Assembly: GCA_964444385.1 (NCBI GenBank)
Contig: CAYUHD010000002.1
Coordinates: 1-59,608 of the forward strand
DNA: 59,608 nt
Direction: 5' to 3'
DNA from: an uncultured Gammaproteobacteria bacterium
GTDB lineage: Bacteria > Pseudomonadota > Gammaproteobacteria > Magnimaribacterales > D2472
Under the pieces are notes generated by a model that did no database searches, was not told the origin of the DNA, and saw nothing but the letters and a program-made list of their open reading frames with translations. Both the position numbers and the translations under genes were made by a program. Below, one piece after another: positions 44,995 through 54,615 of the stretch; within the stretch, counting starts at the first letter, position 1; every line of letters begins with the position of its first letter.

Positions 44995-46194
44995 ATGATC
45001 CATCCACTTTTACCTAATCAATTACAAAAAACTCAAGAAACCATGAGAATGGCTGCCGAATTTATTTTACGACCAATCTCTAGGAAATATGATAAAGCTG
45101 AGCATGAGCCACCATTGGAAATGGAGCAACTTAATCAAGCTGCAGCAGCTCAAAAAAAAGATTCTGAAATAGCTGATGACTCAGTTAAATCAATGGATCT
45201 TGGTGGAAGGAATTTATGGGCTGTTATCTCACTTGAGCAAATGTGTTGGGGTGATGTTGGTCTATTTCTTGCAAGACCTGGCACAGGCCTTGGCAATGCT
45301 GCAATTATGGCTGTTGGTGATAAAGATCAAAAGGCTAAATGGGGCAAAAGATGGGCTGCCATGGCAATAACAGAGCCGGGTGCCGGTTCAGATTCAAAAA
45401 ATATTTCTACAACTGCAGTTTTAGAAGATGATGAGTGGTTGCTCGATGGAGAGAAAATCTATGTGACCGATGGAGATCGTTGCGATTGTGTTGTTGTATG
45501 GGCAACACTTAATAAAAGTATGGGTAAAACAGCTATTAGATCTTTTTTAGTTGAAAAAGGTACACCAGGATTTACTGTTGCTAGGCTTGAAAAAAAATTG
45601 GGTATCAGGGCATCTGATACTGCAACTTTAATTTTTAATAATTGTAGAATCCCCCGAGAGAACTTACTTGGTGGCAAGGAGGAAATAGAAAAAGATATTA
45701 ATGCTGCTAAAAAATCTTTTGGCGGAGCCATGCAAACTTTTGATAACACAAGACCTATGGTTGCCGGAATGGCTATTGGCCTTGGTCAAGCTGCTTTGGA
45801 TATGACTAGAGCTTTATTAGCTGAAGAGGGCTATAAAGATCATTTTGGAGGCTCAATACATCAGCAAACAGCCATTCAAAGTGAATTAGAGATGTTAGAG
45901 GCTGAATTAGAAGCGGCTCGATTACTTGTTTATAAATCAGCATGGATGATGGATAACAAAATGCCAAATTCAAAAGAGGCTTCGATGGGTAAAGCAAAAG
46001 CTGGCAGAATTGGCAATAAAATCTCTTTAAAATGCGTTGAAATATGTTCTATGCAAGGGTTTTCAGAAGATCATTTGCTTGAAAAATTTTCTCGTGATTC
46101 AAAAATTCTTGACATATTTGAAGGCACGCAACAGATCCAACAACTGATTGTTGCAAGGCAAATTCTAGGGAAGAGCTCATCAGAACTAAAATAA
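44995..46194 (+). CDS. Acyl-CoA dehydrogenase (canonical motifs)
   Basis: ATG at 44995, 1 nt after the upstream TAA, with GGAGGAGCAGGAG SD. ITEPGAGSD and DIFEGTQQIQQLIVAR motifs. The ORF-track start at 44962 overlaps the upstream gene. Confidence 0.85.
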   Translation: MIHPLLPNQLQKTQETMRMAAEFILRPISRKYDKAEHEPPLEMEQLNQAAAAQKKDSEIADDSVKSMDLGGRNLWAVISLEQMCWGDVGLFLARPGTGLGNAAIMAVGDKDQKAKWGKRWAAMAITEPGAGSDSKNISTTAVLEDDEWLLDGEKIYVTDGDRCDCVVVWATLNKSMGKTAIRSFLVEKGTPGFTVARLEKKLGIRASDTATLIFNNCRIPRENLLGGKEEIEKDINAAKKSFGGAMQTFDNTRPMVAGMAIGLGQAALDMTRALLAEEGYKDHFGGSIHQQTAIQSELEMLEAELEAARLLVYKSAWMMDNKMPNSKEASMGKAKAGRIGNKISLKCVEICSMQGFSEDHLLEKFSRDSKILDIFEGTQQIQQLIVARQILGKSSSELK

Positions 46195-46325
46195 CTTTAT
46201 TTTATTTTACTTATCAGTTAAATTTATATACAAAATAGCATGCCCATAAGGTTTGCATTGACTTTAGCAATCGGTATATCATGCTTCTACTAGTTCTATT
46301 TAATCAACTTTATAGGGGGAAGATT

Positions 46326-49205
46326 ATGAACAGATATTTCTATGCTTTTTTATTAGCATTCACATTTAGTGCGGTACCAACTTTAGCTCAAGATGATTCA
46401 GCTCGAGAGATTGAAGAGGTGGTAATTACTGCTTTAAGAAAAGAAACTAACCTGCAAGATACTGGGATTACTATTACAGCTATCACATCTGAAGATTTAG
46501 AAGTAAAACAAATTGAAAACTTTGAAGATTTACAGTTTGCTGTTCCAACATTAGGTTTTGCTAAAGGGGCTTACTCAGGTTCTGGTATTACTCTTAGAGG
46601 TATTGGTAACTTTGCGGTAGGTAACTCTACCAGTGCAAGCATTGGATACTTCTGGAATGGTCAAAGCGCGTCTGCAAGCGGGCTTTATGAGCAAGAGTTT
46701 TTTGATGTTGAACGAGTTGAAGTTTTAAGAGGACCACAGGGCTCTCTATTCGGCGCTGGAACAACTGGTGGTTTGATTCAAATGATAACAAAAAGACCCG
46801 ATGATGATGTTGGTGGATATATTAAGACTGATGTTGCAAATTATGACTCATTGAGACTTGCTGGAGCAGTTAACTTACCTTTGTCTGACAGATTGCGTTC
46901 ACGATTTGCCTTTGCCTCTCTACAAAGGGAAGGTTTTGTAATTAACAACCATACTGGGAATAAACTTGATGATAGAAATACTCAAGGAGCAAGGATGTCT
47001 TTTGAATTTGATTATTCAGATGATACAACCATGACTTTGATATATGAGACAACTCAAGCAGACGACAATAGGATGAGAGCTGCAAGACAGTTCTGTAAGC
47101 AAGATAAATTCTATGGTTGTAGCCCATTTGAAAATGGCAATGATGCTGTATGGTCTCCTGGAAGTTATGGTCATTGGGTCCCTTACCTTCAATACCAAAA
47201 CACATCATTAGATTACACAATTTATGAGAATAACCCTTCTGATGATTTAAGAACTGTAAACATTGATTTTGAGCCATCTCATACAGCTGAGCTTCAAAAT
47301 ACAGTCTTTGAGATTAACAGCGCTCTATCAGATACCATGAATATGGTCTTTACCTATTCATATCACACCAGAGATTACGAAGACTTTGCTGATTATGATC
47401 ATTCAGTCTCAGTCGTTCCTTATTCAATGGGCCCTATCACATCAAATATTTTCTATGATACGACCAAAGCCAACATGAGTGGAGCCCAGCTTGGTATGAG
47501 AACTTATACAAGTGATCAGGCCATGGATAGATCATTTAATGAAGCTCAGTGGGAACAGTATGAACTAAGATTCTCTTCAGATTACGATAGCGCGTTTAAC
47601 TTTACCTTTGGTCTTTTTGCTTCTAGCGGTGGAAGTGAAACTAACTACAACATTGGTACTCCATACATGAATTATTGGAGTGATGTATCAACTGGGCCTT
47701 TAGGGGCGATTTTCCCAGACTCAGCTCCATATGGTGGAGCACCATTTTGGGTCGGTTGGTTCCAAACTTTACCAGTAGCATCGGCGCAAGCAACTCAACT
47801 TGTCTTGGCTGGTTTATTACCTCCAGCTCAGGCCCAAGGCTTTGTATTAAATACTGCTAAAAATGGCGCTATTGCAGCAGCTAACGCAACTATTGGACCA
47901 AAACATTTAACTGAATGGCAACAATATTTCCATGTAGACAGCAACCTTAATAGAAGCAGTGAAGCTTTATATGGTGAAATGTATTTTGATCTTAGTGATG
48001 ACACTACTCTTACACTGGGTGGTCGTTACACTGAATTTGAGATTGTTGATTTTGCATTTAACACTTTGCTTGATCTTCAAAACCAAGGCGCTGGATTTTA
48101 TGGGACAGTTAAACCAGCTCCAATCAAAAGAAGTTATGACGCTTCAGAGTCCACTTATAAGCTAGGGATTGATCATAACCTTAATGACAATCAACTTCTT
48201 TATGCAACCTATTCAACTGGATTTAAGCCAGGTGGCTTTAATACAACTGATATCGCAGGTTTAGAGACCTTTGACTCAGAAGTTGCGAATGTGTTTGAGA
48301 TAGGTTTAAAGAGCACCCTAATGGATGGAGCTCTTCAATTAAATGTATCTGCCTACACTAATGATTATGAAGGTTTGCAACTTTCTCAAATTGTTAATCG
48401 TGCATCAATTAACCAAAATGCTGATGTAACGATTGAAGGTATGGAAGCAGAATTTACATTGTTCCTTTCTGAAACATTGTTATTGGATGGATTCATATCT
48501 CATACAAACACAGAGATTGAAAATTTCAACTCTGTCGATCCGCTCAACCCAAATCAAGCGACTACAAAACTTCCGCTTCCAGCTGGAGCAACAGGGTTCT
48601 TTTCTGACTTTGCACCTTTGATAGCAACTTGTGATCCATTGGTCTTTGTAGGGCAAGCAGCTCCTTCAGCTAATTGCTATCTTGGAATAGCAGCGCAAAA
48701 TCCTCTGCTTGGAGCTTTGGTTTTATACACCCCAACAGATGCTGGTTACATGTTCAAATCTTTTGGACCTCTATGTACTGTGCCATTCTTTGGATTAGAT
48801 TCAACAACATTGCCTTGTCCTTTAACAGATGGAGTTGAGGCAGATCTATCAGGAAACTCTCTGCCATTTGCTGCTGAGTTGAACTACAGACTTGGTATTA
48901 CTAAGTTTGTTGATACTTCTGCAGGCTCATGGGCATTTAGAATGGATTACTCATACAGAGATGATTATTACAGTACAGCATTTAACCGACCTCGTGGTCA
49001 TATTGATGATGTAAGCTTAATGGATTTATCTGTTAAATATACTCCTGTTTCTGAAGCTTGGTATGTTGGAGCTTATGTAAGAAACTTAGGTGATGAAGAT
49101 CATATTTATGCTTACTACTCAACAGATGTGACTGTTGGTGGTTTCCAAAATGGTGTAGCCTTAGATCCTAAGATATTTGGTATTAATTTTGGAATGAATT
49201 TTTAA
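46326..49205 (+). CDS. TonB-dependent outer-membrane receptor (long, 959 aa)
   Basis: ATG at 46326 with AGGGGGA SD. Signal peptide …AVPTLAQ, TonB-box-like IEEVVITA, plug RVEVLRGPQGSLFGAGTTGG and a C-terminal …FGMNF. Confidence 0.9.
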   Translation: MNRYFYAFLLAFTFSAVPTLAQDDSAREIEEVVITALRKETNLQDTGITITAITSEDLEVKQIENFEDLQFAVPTLGFAKGAYSGSGITLRGIGNFAVGNSTSASIGYFWNGQSASASGLYEQEFFDVERVEVLRGPQGSLFGAGTTGGLIQMITKRPDDDVGGYIKTDVANYDSLRLAGAVNLPLSDRLRSRFAFASLQREGFVINNHTGNKLDDRNTQGARMSFEFDYSDDTTMTLIYETTQADDNRMRAARQFCKQDKFYGCSPFENGNDAVWSPGSYGHWVPYLQYQNTSLDYTIYENNPSDDLRTVNIDFEPSHTAELQNTVFEINSALSDTMNMVFTYSYHTRDYEDFADYDHSVSVVPYSMGPITSNIFYDTTKANMSGAQLGMRTYTSDQAMDRSFNEAQWEQYELRFSSDYDSAFNFTFGLFASSGGSETNYNIGTPYMNYWSDVSTGPLGAIFPDSAPYGGAPFWVGWFQTLPVASAQATQLVLAGLLPPAQAQGFVLNTAKNGAIAAANATIGPKHLTEWQQYFHVDSNLNRSSEALYGEMYFDLSDDTTLTLGGRYTEFEIVDFAFNTLLDLQNQGAGFYGTVKPAPIKRSYDASESTYKLGIDHNLNDNQLLYATYSTGFKPGGFNTTDIAGLETFDSEVANVFEIGLKSTLMDGALQLNVSAYTNDYEGLQLSQIVNRASINQNADVTIEGMEAEFTLFLSETLLLDGFISHTNTEIENFNSVDPLNPNQATTKLPLPAGATGFFSDFAPLIATCDPLVFVGQAAPSANCYLGIAAQNPLLGALVLYTPTDAGYMFKSFGPLCTVPFFGLDSTTLPCPLTDGVEADLSGNSLPFAAELNYRLGITKFVDTSAGSWAFRMDYSYRDDYYSTAFNRPRGHIDDVSLMDLSVKYTPVSEAWYVGAYVRNLGDEDHIYAYYSTDVTVGGFQNGVALDPKIFGINFGMNF

Positions 49206-49225
49206 TCTTTCATTTTAGATATAAT

Positions 49226-49255
49226 AAAGCCCGGATTATTTCCGGGCTTTTTTTT
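49226..49255 (+). terminator. Rho-independent terminator after the TonB-dependent receptor gene
   Basis: AAAGCCCGGA-TTATT-TCCGGGCTTT (10-bp perfect stem) followed by a T-run. Confidence 0.75.
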
Positions 49256-49256
49256 G

Positions 49257-49574
49257 ATGAAAATATTTACTAAACGATTCAAAACGATACTCTCAAAACT
49301 GCAAGAAAGTTTTCTTGTTGAAAATCGTGAAAATAAAAAGATGCTTGATGCATACATTAAGTTTGTTGACGGCTCTGCATCTGAAGATGAGCTTGAGGTA
49401 GCTAATTCCCAACTGCGTCAAATTCTTAAAAACTTGGGCTTAGGCATTTTATTAATTTTACCTTTTAGCCCAATAACTCTCCCATATATTTTCTCCAAAG
49501 CAAAAGAGCTAAATATTGATTTAATACCAAATTGGTATAAGTCTTTAAGTAATGATGACGATCGTTTAGAATAA
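49257..49574 (+). CDS. Small hypothetical membrane protein (LETM1-like motif)
   Basis: About 105 aa with one hydrophobic segment (LGLGILLILPFSPITLPYIF). The pattern …DELEVANSQLRQILKNLGLG… reminds me of LETM1-like bacterial proteins. No SD, and the start abuts the terminator T-run, so coding status is uncertain. Confidence 0.4.
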   Translation: MKIFTKRFKTILSKLQESFLVENRENKKMLDAYIKFVDGSASEDELEVANSQLRQILKNLGLGILLILPFSPITLPYIFSKAKELNIDLIPNWYKSLSNDDDRLE

Positions 49575-49600
49575 CTCGTTACTAACTTAGGAGTAAAAAT

Positions 49601-50794
49601 ATGAAAACAGCCGTTATCGTAGACAGTGTTAGAACTGGTCTAGCTAAATCACATCGCGGAGGTTTTAACAGCACTCGTGCAGATGATATGTTGGCCCATA
49701 TAATTAATGCTATGTTGGAAAGAAACCCCAATCTCTCACCAGAAATGGTTGAGGATGTCATCATGGGTTGTGGCAATCCTGAAGGCGCAATGGGGCACAA
49801 TATTGGTAGAAATGCTGCAGTATTATCCAATCTTCCAATAACTGTAGGAGGGACAACTGTTAATCGTTATTGCTCTTCAGGACTCCAAACCGTCTCTATG
49901 GCTGCAAGCCAGATCATGGCAGGTTGCTATGACACGATAATTGCTGGTGGGGTTGAGCAAATCACCATGCTTTCTGGAAAAACAAATATGGATGGATTTG
50001 TTAATGAGAAATTGGTAGAAAGCCACCCAGGAATTTATCACCCAATGGGGATTACAGCTGAGTGCGTAGCAAAACGTTATAACGTTTCAAGAGAAACTCA
50101 AGACGAGATTGCATTTGAAAGTCAAAAAAGAACAGCTGCAGCTCAAGAAGCAGGAAAGTTCGTTGACGAAATAATTCCAATGAAAACTAAGATGATGCTG
50201 ATGAACAAAGAGACAGGCGATTCAAAAGAGGTAGATTACACGGTAGATAAAGACGAATGCAACAGACCTGGAACAACATTGGAAGCTTTAGCTGGACTAA
50301 AACCAGTCTTTGATCCAGAAAATGGATCTGTCACTGCTGGCAATTCTTCTCAGCTTTCAGATGGCGCTTCAATCACGCTTGTGATGAGTGAAGAAAAAGC
50401 CATTGAGTTAGGTTTAAAACCTCTTGCTTATTTTCGAGGCTTTACAACAATGGGCTGTGAGCCGGATGAAATGGGTATTGGACCAGTTTTTTCTGTTCCT
50501 AAACTTTTAAAATCTCATAATATGAGCGTGGATGATATTGATCTTTGGGAGCTTAATGAGGCTTTCGCAGTTCAAGTAGCATATTGTCGAGATCAATTAG
50601 GAATTTCAATGGATAAATTGAATGTTAACGGTGGCTCAATTTCAATTGGACATCCATTTGGCATGACAGGATCTAGGCAGGTTGGCCACATCGTTCGTGA
50701 GCTGAATAATCAAGATAAGCAGTTTGGTATTGTAACTATGTGCGTTGGCGGTGGAATGGGCGCAACAGGTTTATTTGAAAGATACCCAAGTTAA
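49601..50794 (+). CDS. 3-ketoacyl-CoA thiolase / acetyl-CoA acyltransferase (canonical)
   Basis: 397 aa. All four thiolase fingerprints are present: NRYCSSGLQ, LNEAFA, GHPFGMTG and MCVGGGMG. TAGGAG SD. Confidence 0.9.
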   Translation: MKTAVIVDSVRTGLAKSHRGGFNSTRADDMLAHIINAMLERNPNLSPEMVEDVIMGCGNPEGAMGHNIGRNAAVLSNLPITVGGTTVNRYCSSGLQTVSMAASQIMAGCYDTIIAGGVEQITMLSGKTNMDGFVNEKLVESHPGIYHPMGITAECVAKRYNVSRETQDEIAFESQKRTAAAQEAGKFVDEIIPMKTKMMLMNKETGDSKEVDYTVDKDECNRPGTTLEALAGLKPVFDPENGSVTAGNSSQLSDGASITLVMSEEKAIELGLKPLAYFRGFTTMGCEPDEMGIGPVFSVPKLLKSHNMSVDDIDLWELNEAFAVQVAYCRDQLGISMDKLNVNGGSISIGHPFGMTGSRQVGHIVRELNNQDKQFGIVTMCVGGGMGATGLFERYPS

Positions 50795-51707
50795 TATAAG
50801 CTCAGAATTTTCTATTATTGAGAAGTACCTATCAGGAATAGGTACTTCTTATTTAAATACCAATGGAATAGATCTTTCTATTGGTGATGATTGTGCAGTA
50901 TTGGCTAAAAATTCAAGATTATTAATTAGCACTGATACTTCTGTAGTAGGCTTACATTTTTTGAAATCTATGTCTTCTGATGCAATTGCATACAGATCAG
51001 TTGCAATTGCTCTTAGTGATATTGCTGCTATGGGAGGTCAACCAGTTGCATTTAACCTCTCTTTAGTAATGCCAAACTTTAATTCAGAATGGATGAAAGG
51101 CTTTAGAAAAGGGTTACAAAAAATTTCTCGGGAATTTAAGCTACCGTTAATAGGGGGCGACCTAGTAAAAGGGCCTTTGCAGATTAGTGTCACAGTTTTA
51201 GGTATCCCAGGAAAAAATATCTTGCTTAGGTCTGGTGCCCAAGATGGTGATATTTTGTGTTTATCTGATGCTCTAGGGCTTGGATATTTGGGCTTAAGAG
51301 CATTCAAGAGAAATAGTTTGTTAAATAGTAAAACTAAACCTTATCTATTCCCAAAAGCCCAAATAAGTTATGGGTTAGCGATTTCCAATATTGCCTCCTC
51401 GGCAATTGATATTTCTGATGGACTTTTCCAAGATCTTTCTCATCTTATTTTAGGGTCAGGGGTCGGATGTAACTTAGATCTAGCTAAAGTACCAATAGCT
51501 GACAAAAAATATCCAAAGCAATGTTTAGAGTTTGGAGATGACTACCAGATACTATATACAGTATCTCCTAACAAACTTAAAACCCTTCAAGCTAACCTGA
51601 AATCTATTAGAAAAAAATGCCATACTATCGGTGTTATGAGTGGGAAAAATTTAAAAATTAACAATAATAATTTGGGCTCTTTAAAAAATTGGGATCATTT
51701 TAAGTAA
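50775..51707 (+). CDS. thiL: Thiamine-monophosphate kinase; start uncertain
   Basis: SEFSIIEKYL…GDDCAVL… and AIDISDGL motifs. No ATG lies near the conserved N-terminus. Candidate starts are the in-frame TTG at 50775 and the ORF-track start at 50745. Both overlap the thiolase end. Confidence 0.8.
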   Translation: MKDTQVNISSEFSIIEKYLSGIGTSYLNTNGIDLSIGDDCAVLAKNSRLLISTDTSVVGLHFLKSMSSDAIAYRSVAIALSDIAAMGGQPVAFNLSLVMPNFNSEWMKGFRKGLQKISREFKLPLIGGDLVKGPLQISVTVLGIPGKNILLRSGAQDGDILCLSDALGLGYLGLRAFKRNSLLNSKTKPYLFPKAQISYGLAISNIASSAIDISDGLFQDLSHLILGSGVGCNLDLAKVPIADKKYPKQCLEFGDDYQILYTVSPNKLKTLQANLKSIRKKCHTIGVMSGKNLKINNNNLGSLKNWDHFK

Positions 51708-51708
51708 G

Positions 51709-52164
51709 ATGAGTTTTCCTAATTTAACAAAACCTTCCCATCTTTTTGCAACATGGTTTGGTATAGGTTTATTAAGCCCTGCACCAGGCACTTGGGGAAG
51801 TTTGGCAGCACTCTTAATATGGTATTTTTTGGAATTTTTACATTCTTCAACTTATATCATTTTGCCAGCTTTTATTTTATTTTCATTTTTTGTATGTTCT
51901 AGAGTAGCGCAAGACAGTAATTCGGATGATCATTCAGCTATTGTAATTGATGAGGTTGCAGGAATGCTTGTAACTTTATCTTTCGTTTCTTATGGAGTAA
52001 TGACATATTTTTGTGCATTTTTATTGTTTAGATTATTTGATATTTGGAAGCCATGGCCAATTTCTTGGGTAGATAAAAATATTAAAGGAGGTCTCGGAAT
52101 TGATGATTTGATAGCAGGATTATTTGCAGGTGCTATAATTTGCGCAATTATTTCTCTAATCTAA
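51709..52164 (+). CDS. pgpA: Phosphatidylglycerophosphatase A
   Basis: 151 aa. [22 protein letters not shown] and IVIDEVAGM motifs. Confidence 0.85.
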   Translation: MSFPNLTKPSHLFATWFGIGLLSPAPGTWGSLAALLIWYFLEFLHSSTYIILPAFILFSFFVCSRVAQDSNSDDHSAIVIDEVAGMLVTLSFVSYGVMTYFCAFLLFRLFDIWKPWPISWVDKNIKGGLGIDDLIAGLFAGAIICAIISLI

Positions 52165-52169
52165 GCCAA

Positions 52170-52754
52170 ATGAATAGCTGTAAATTCGTATCTGAATCTA
52201 AATTGCCGACAAAGTTTGGAGACTTTACTATTACTGCTTTTGAAGAACCTAATGGTAAGGACCACCTAGCTTTAACTATTGGTAACATTAGCGAACAAAA
52301 CGCTGTTATGTGTAGAGTACATTCAGAATGTTTAACTGGAGATGCTTTGTATAGTTTAAGATGTGATTGCGGACCTCAATTACAGGCAGCACTCCAAATG
52401 TTAGCTCAAAACAAGTCAGGGATTTTGCTTTACTTAAGACAAGAAGGTAGAGGAATTGGATTGGTAAATAAAATCAGAGCATATGCACTTCAAGATCAAG
52501 GACACGATACAGTTGAAGCCAATGAGTTATTGGGTTTTCCAGCTGATTTAAGAGAATATAATATTTGTTTAGATATCCTTGAGCATTTTAAAATTTCCCA
52601 AGTGAATATTTTAACCAATAATCCAAAAAAAGTTATTGCTTTAGAAGAAGTCGGTATAAATGTTGTCAAAAGAACACCTATTCATGAAGGCGAAAATGAA
52701 AGGAATAAAAGCTATCTTGAAACCAAGAGAGATAAGATGGGCCACCTATCATAG
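52170..52754 (+). CDS. ribA: GTP cyclohydrolase II
   Basis: ATG at 52170, after the pgpA stop. [23 protein letters not shown] Zn motif and [11 protein letters not shown]. Confidence 0.9.
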   Translation: MNSCKFVSESKLPTKFGDFTITAFEEPNGKDHLALTIGNISEQNAVMCRVHSECLTGDALYSLRCDCGPQLQAALQMLAQNKSGILLYLRQEGRGIGLVNKIRAYALQDQGHDTVEANELLGFPADLREYNICLDILEHFKISQVNILTNNPKKVIALEEVGINVVKRTPIHEGENERNKSYLETKRDKMGHLS

Positions 52755-54614
52755 GTAACTTTTTACTTTGGTAAGAATTCCTTTTTTGTCTAGTCCCGTC
52801 ATTTCAATCATTTCTTTGCGACTTGCGTGTTCAACAAATTCGTCTGGAATACCGCATATAACTACTTGAGATTTAATTTTATTTTCTTGCGCCCATTCAC
52901 TGACTGCTGAACCTGCGCCGCCAGATATAGCTCCATCCTCAATAGTGACTATAATTTTTTTACCCTTTGAATGCTCAGTTATTAATTCAGCATCTAATGG
53001 TTTTACAAATCGCATATCTAGTAATGTTGCATTTAGTTCTTGAGCGACCTCTTCCGAGATATATATTAGTGCTCCAAAATTTAGCACTAATATTTTTGCC
53101 TTTCTCTTATGCATGACCCTACCTTTCCCAATCTCAAGAGGTTTTAGATCGAGATTTATAGGTGAGTTAATCCCGCCGCCTCTTGGATACCTTACGGCAG
53201 CTGGCCCTCGATGAAGAAAAGTAGTCGTTAGCAATGTTCTAGCTTCATTCTCATCTGCTGGAACTGCAATCACCATATTTGGAATGCATCTAAGATAAGT
53301 TAGATCATAGTTTCCAGAATGGGTGGGCCCATCTTCTCCAACCAATCCAGCACGATCAATTGCAAATAGAACATTTAGATTTTGTAATGCTACATCATGT
53401 ATTAATTGATCATAAGCACGCTGTAAAAAAGTTGAATAGATTGCAACAACAGGTTTTTTTTCTTCACAAGCCATTCCTGCTGCAAGAGTTACCGCATGTT
53501 GCTCAGCAATGGCAACATCAAAAAACCTTTCTGGAAACTCTTTACTAAAATCTACAAGACCTGAGCCTTCTTTCATGGCTGGAGTGATAGCCATTAGATT
53601 TTTGTCTCGTTTGGCCATATCAACAATCCATTGACCAAAAACATCTTGATATTTTGGTCCATTCTTTTCTTTAATTGCATCTAGTGGCTTAATTTTTCCT
53701 ATGGCATGAAAGCCAATTCTATCTGCCTCAGCTGGGTCTAAGCCAGCCCCCTTTTTTGTAATTACATGCAAAAATTGAGGACCTTCAAAATCTTTTAAAT
53801 TGCCAATGACTTTCATTAATTCATTAATATCGTGACCATCTATTGGACCAATATAATTTAAACCTAATTCCTCAAAGATGCTTCCAGGAGCGACCATGGC
53901 TTTCATTTGAGTTTCCACTTTTCTTGCAATGTGATGAGCTTGTGGCAAATTTTCTAAAAAACTTTTTCCACTTTTTCTAATCCCCTTATAAACCTTAGAT
54001 GCCCAAATGCGCGAAAAATAATTATTCAATCCTCCAACATTTTCTGAGATAGACATATCGTTGTCATTAAGAATAATTAACATATTTGGCTTGATGTGAC
54101 CTGCATGTGCTAAGCCTTCGAATGCCACTCCTGCAGTCATAGCTCCATCACCAATAACTGCTACTACTTTTTTATCTGAGTCTTGATTAGCAATTGCCAT
54201 TCCAAGTGCCGCACTTATAGAAGTGCTTGAGTGACCAACGCCAAAAGCATCATATGGACTCTCGTCTCGATTTGGAAATGGAGCCAGCCCATCTTTATGA
54301 CGGATGGTTGTAAGACTATCTTTTCTACCAGTTAGAATCTTATGAGGATAGGCTTGGTGACCTACATCCCAAATGATTTTGTCATCGGGTGTATCATAAA
54401 GGTACTGCAGTACCACTGTGAGCTCAACCACGCCCAAGCCCCCACCAAGATGACCTCCACTTTGACCAACACTATAGAGCATATATGCTCTTACATCGTC
54501 TGCTAATGTTTTAAGTTCAACAGGTGTTAAATTTTTAATATCCCCAGGAAAATTCACTTTATCTAAAATTGGAGTTTTAGGTGTATTTACAGGGATCTCA
54601 GAGAATATTTTCAT
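52749..54614 (-). CDS. dxs: 1-deoxy-D-xylulose-5-phosphate synthase
   Basis: [13 protein letters not shown] and GDGAMTAG (ThDP) motifs. The ATG at 54614 lies 1 nt from the ispA stop. The ORF-track start at 54632 is a TTG overlapping ispA. Confidence 0.95.
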   Translation of the reverse strand: MKIFSEIPVNTPKTPILDKVNFPGDIKNLTPVELKTLADDVRAYMLYSVGQSGGHLGGGLGVVELTVVLQYLYDTPDDKIIWDVGHQAYPHKILTGRKDSLTTIRHKDGLAPFPNRDESPYDAFGVGHSSTSISAALGMAIANQDSDKKVVAVIGDGAMTAGVAFEGLAHAGHIKPNMLIILNDNDMSISENVGGLNNYFSRIWASKVYKGIRKSGKSFLENLPQAHHIARKVETQMKAMVAPGSIFEELGLNYIGPIDGHDINELMKVIGNLKDFEGPQFLHVITKKGAGLDPAEADRIGFHAIGKIKPLDAIKEKNGPKYQDVFGQWIVDMAKRDKNLMAITPAMKEGSGLVDFSKEFPERFFDVAIAEQHAVTLAAGMACEEKKPVVAIYSTFLQRAYDQLIHDVALQNLNVLFAIDRAGLVGEDGPTHSGNYDLTYLRCIPNMVIAVPADENEARTLLTTTFLHRGPAAVRYPRGGGINSPINLDLKPLEIGKGRVMHKRKAKILVLNFGALIYISEEVAQELNATLLDMRFVKPLDAELITEHSKGKKIIVTIEDGAISGGAGSAVSEWAQENKIKSQVVICGIPDEFVEHASRKEMIEMTGLDKKGILTKVKSYL

Positions 54615-54615
54615 T

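Noticed and set aside
46942-47277. Minus-strand ORFs inside the long TonB receptor gene.
   Set aside because: They are antisense to a beta-barrel coding region with clear receptor motifs. They are shadow ORFs.
49582-49830. An 82-aa minus-strand ORF over the thiolase start.
   Set aside because: It is antisense to the conserved thiolase N-terminus and is hydrophobic low-complexity sequence.
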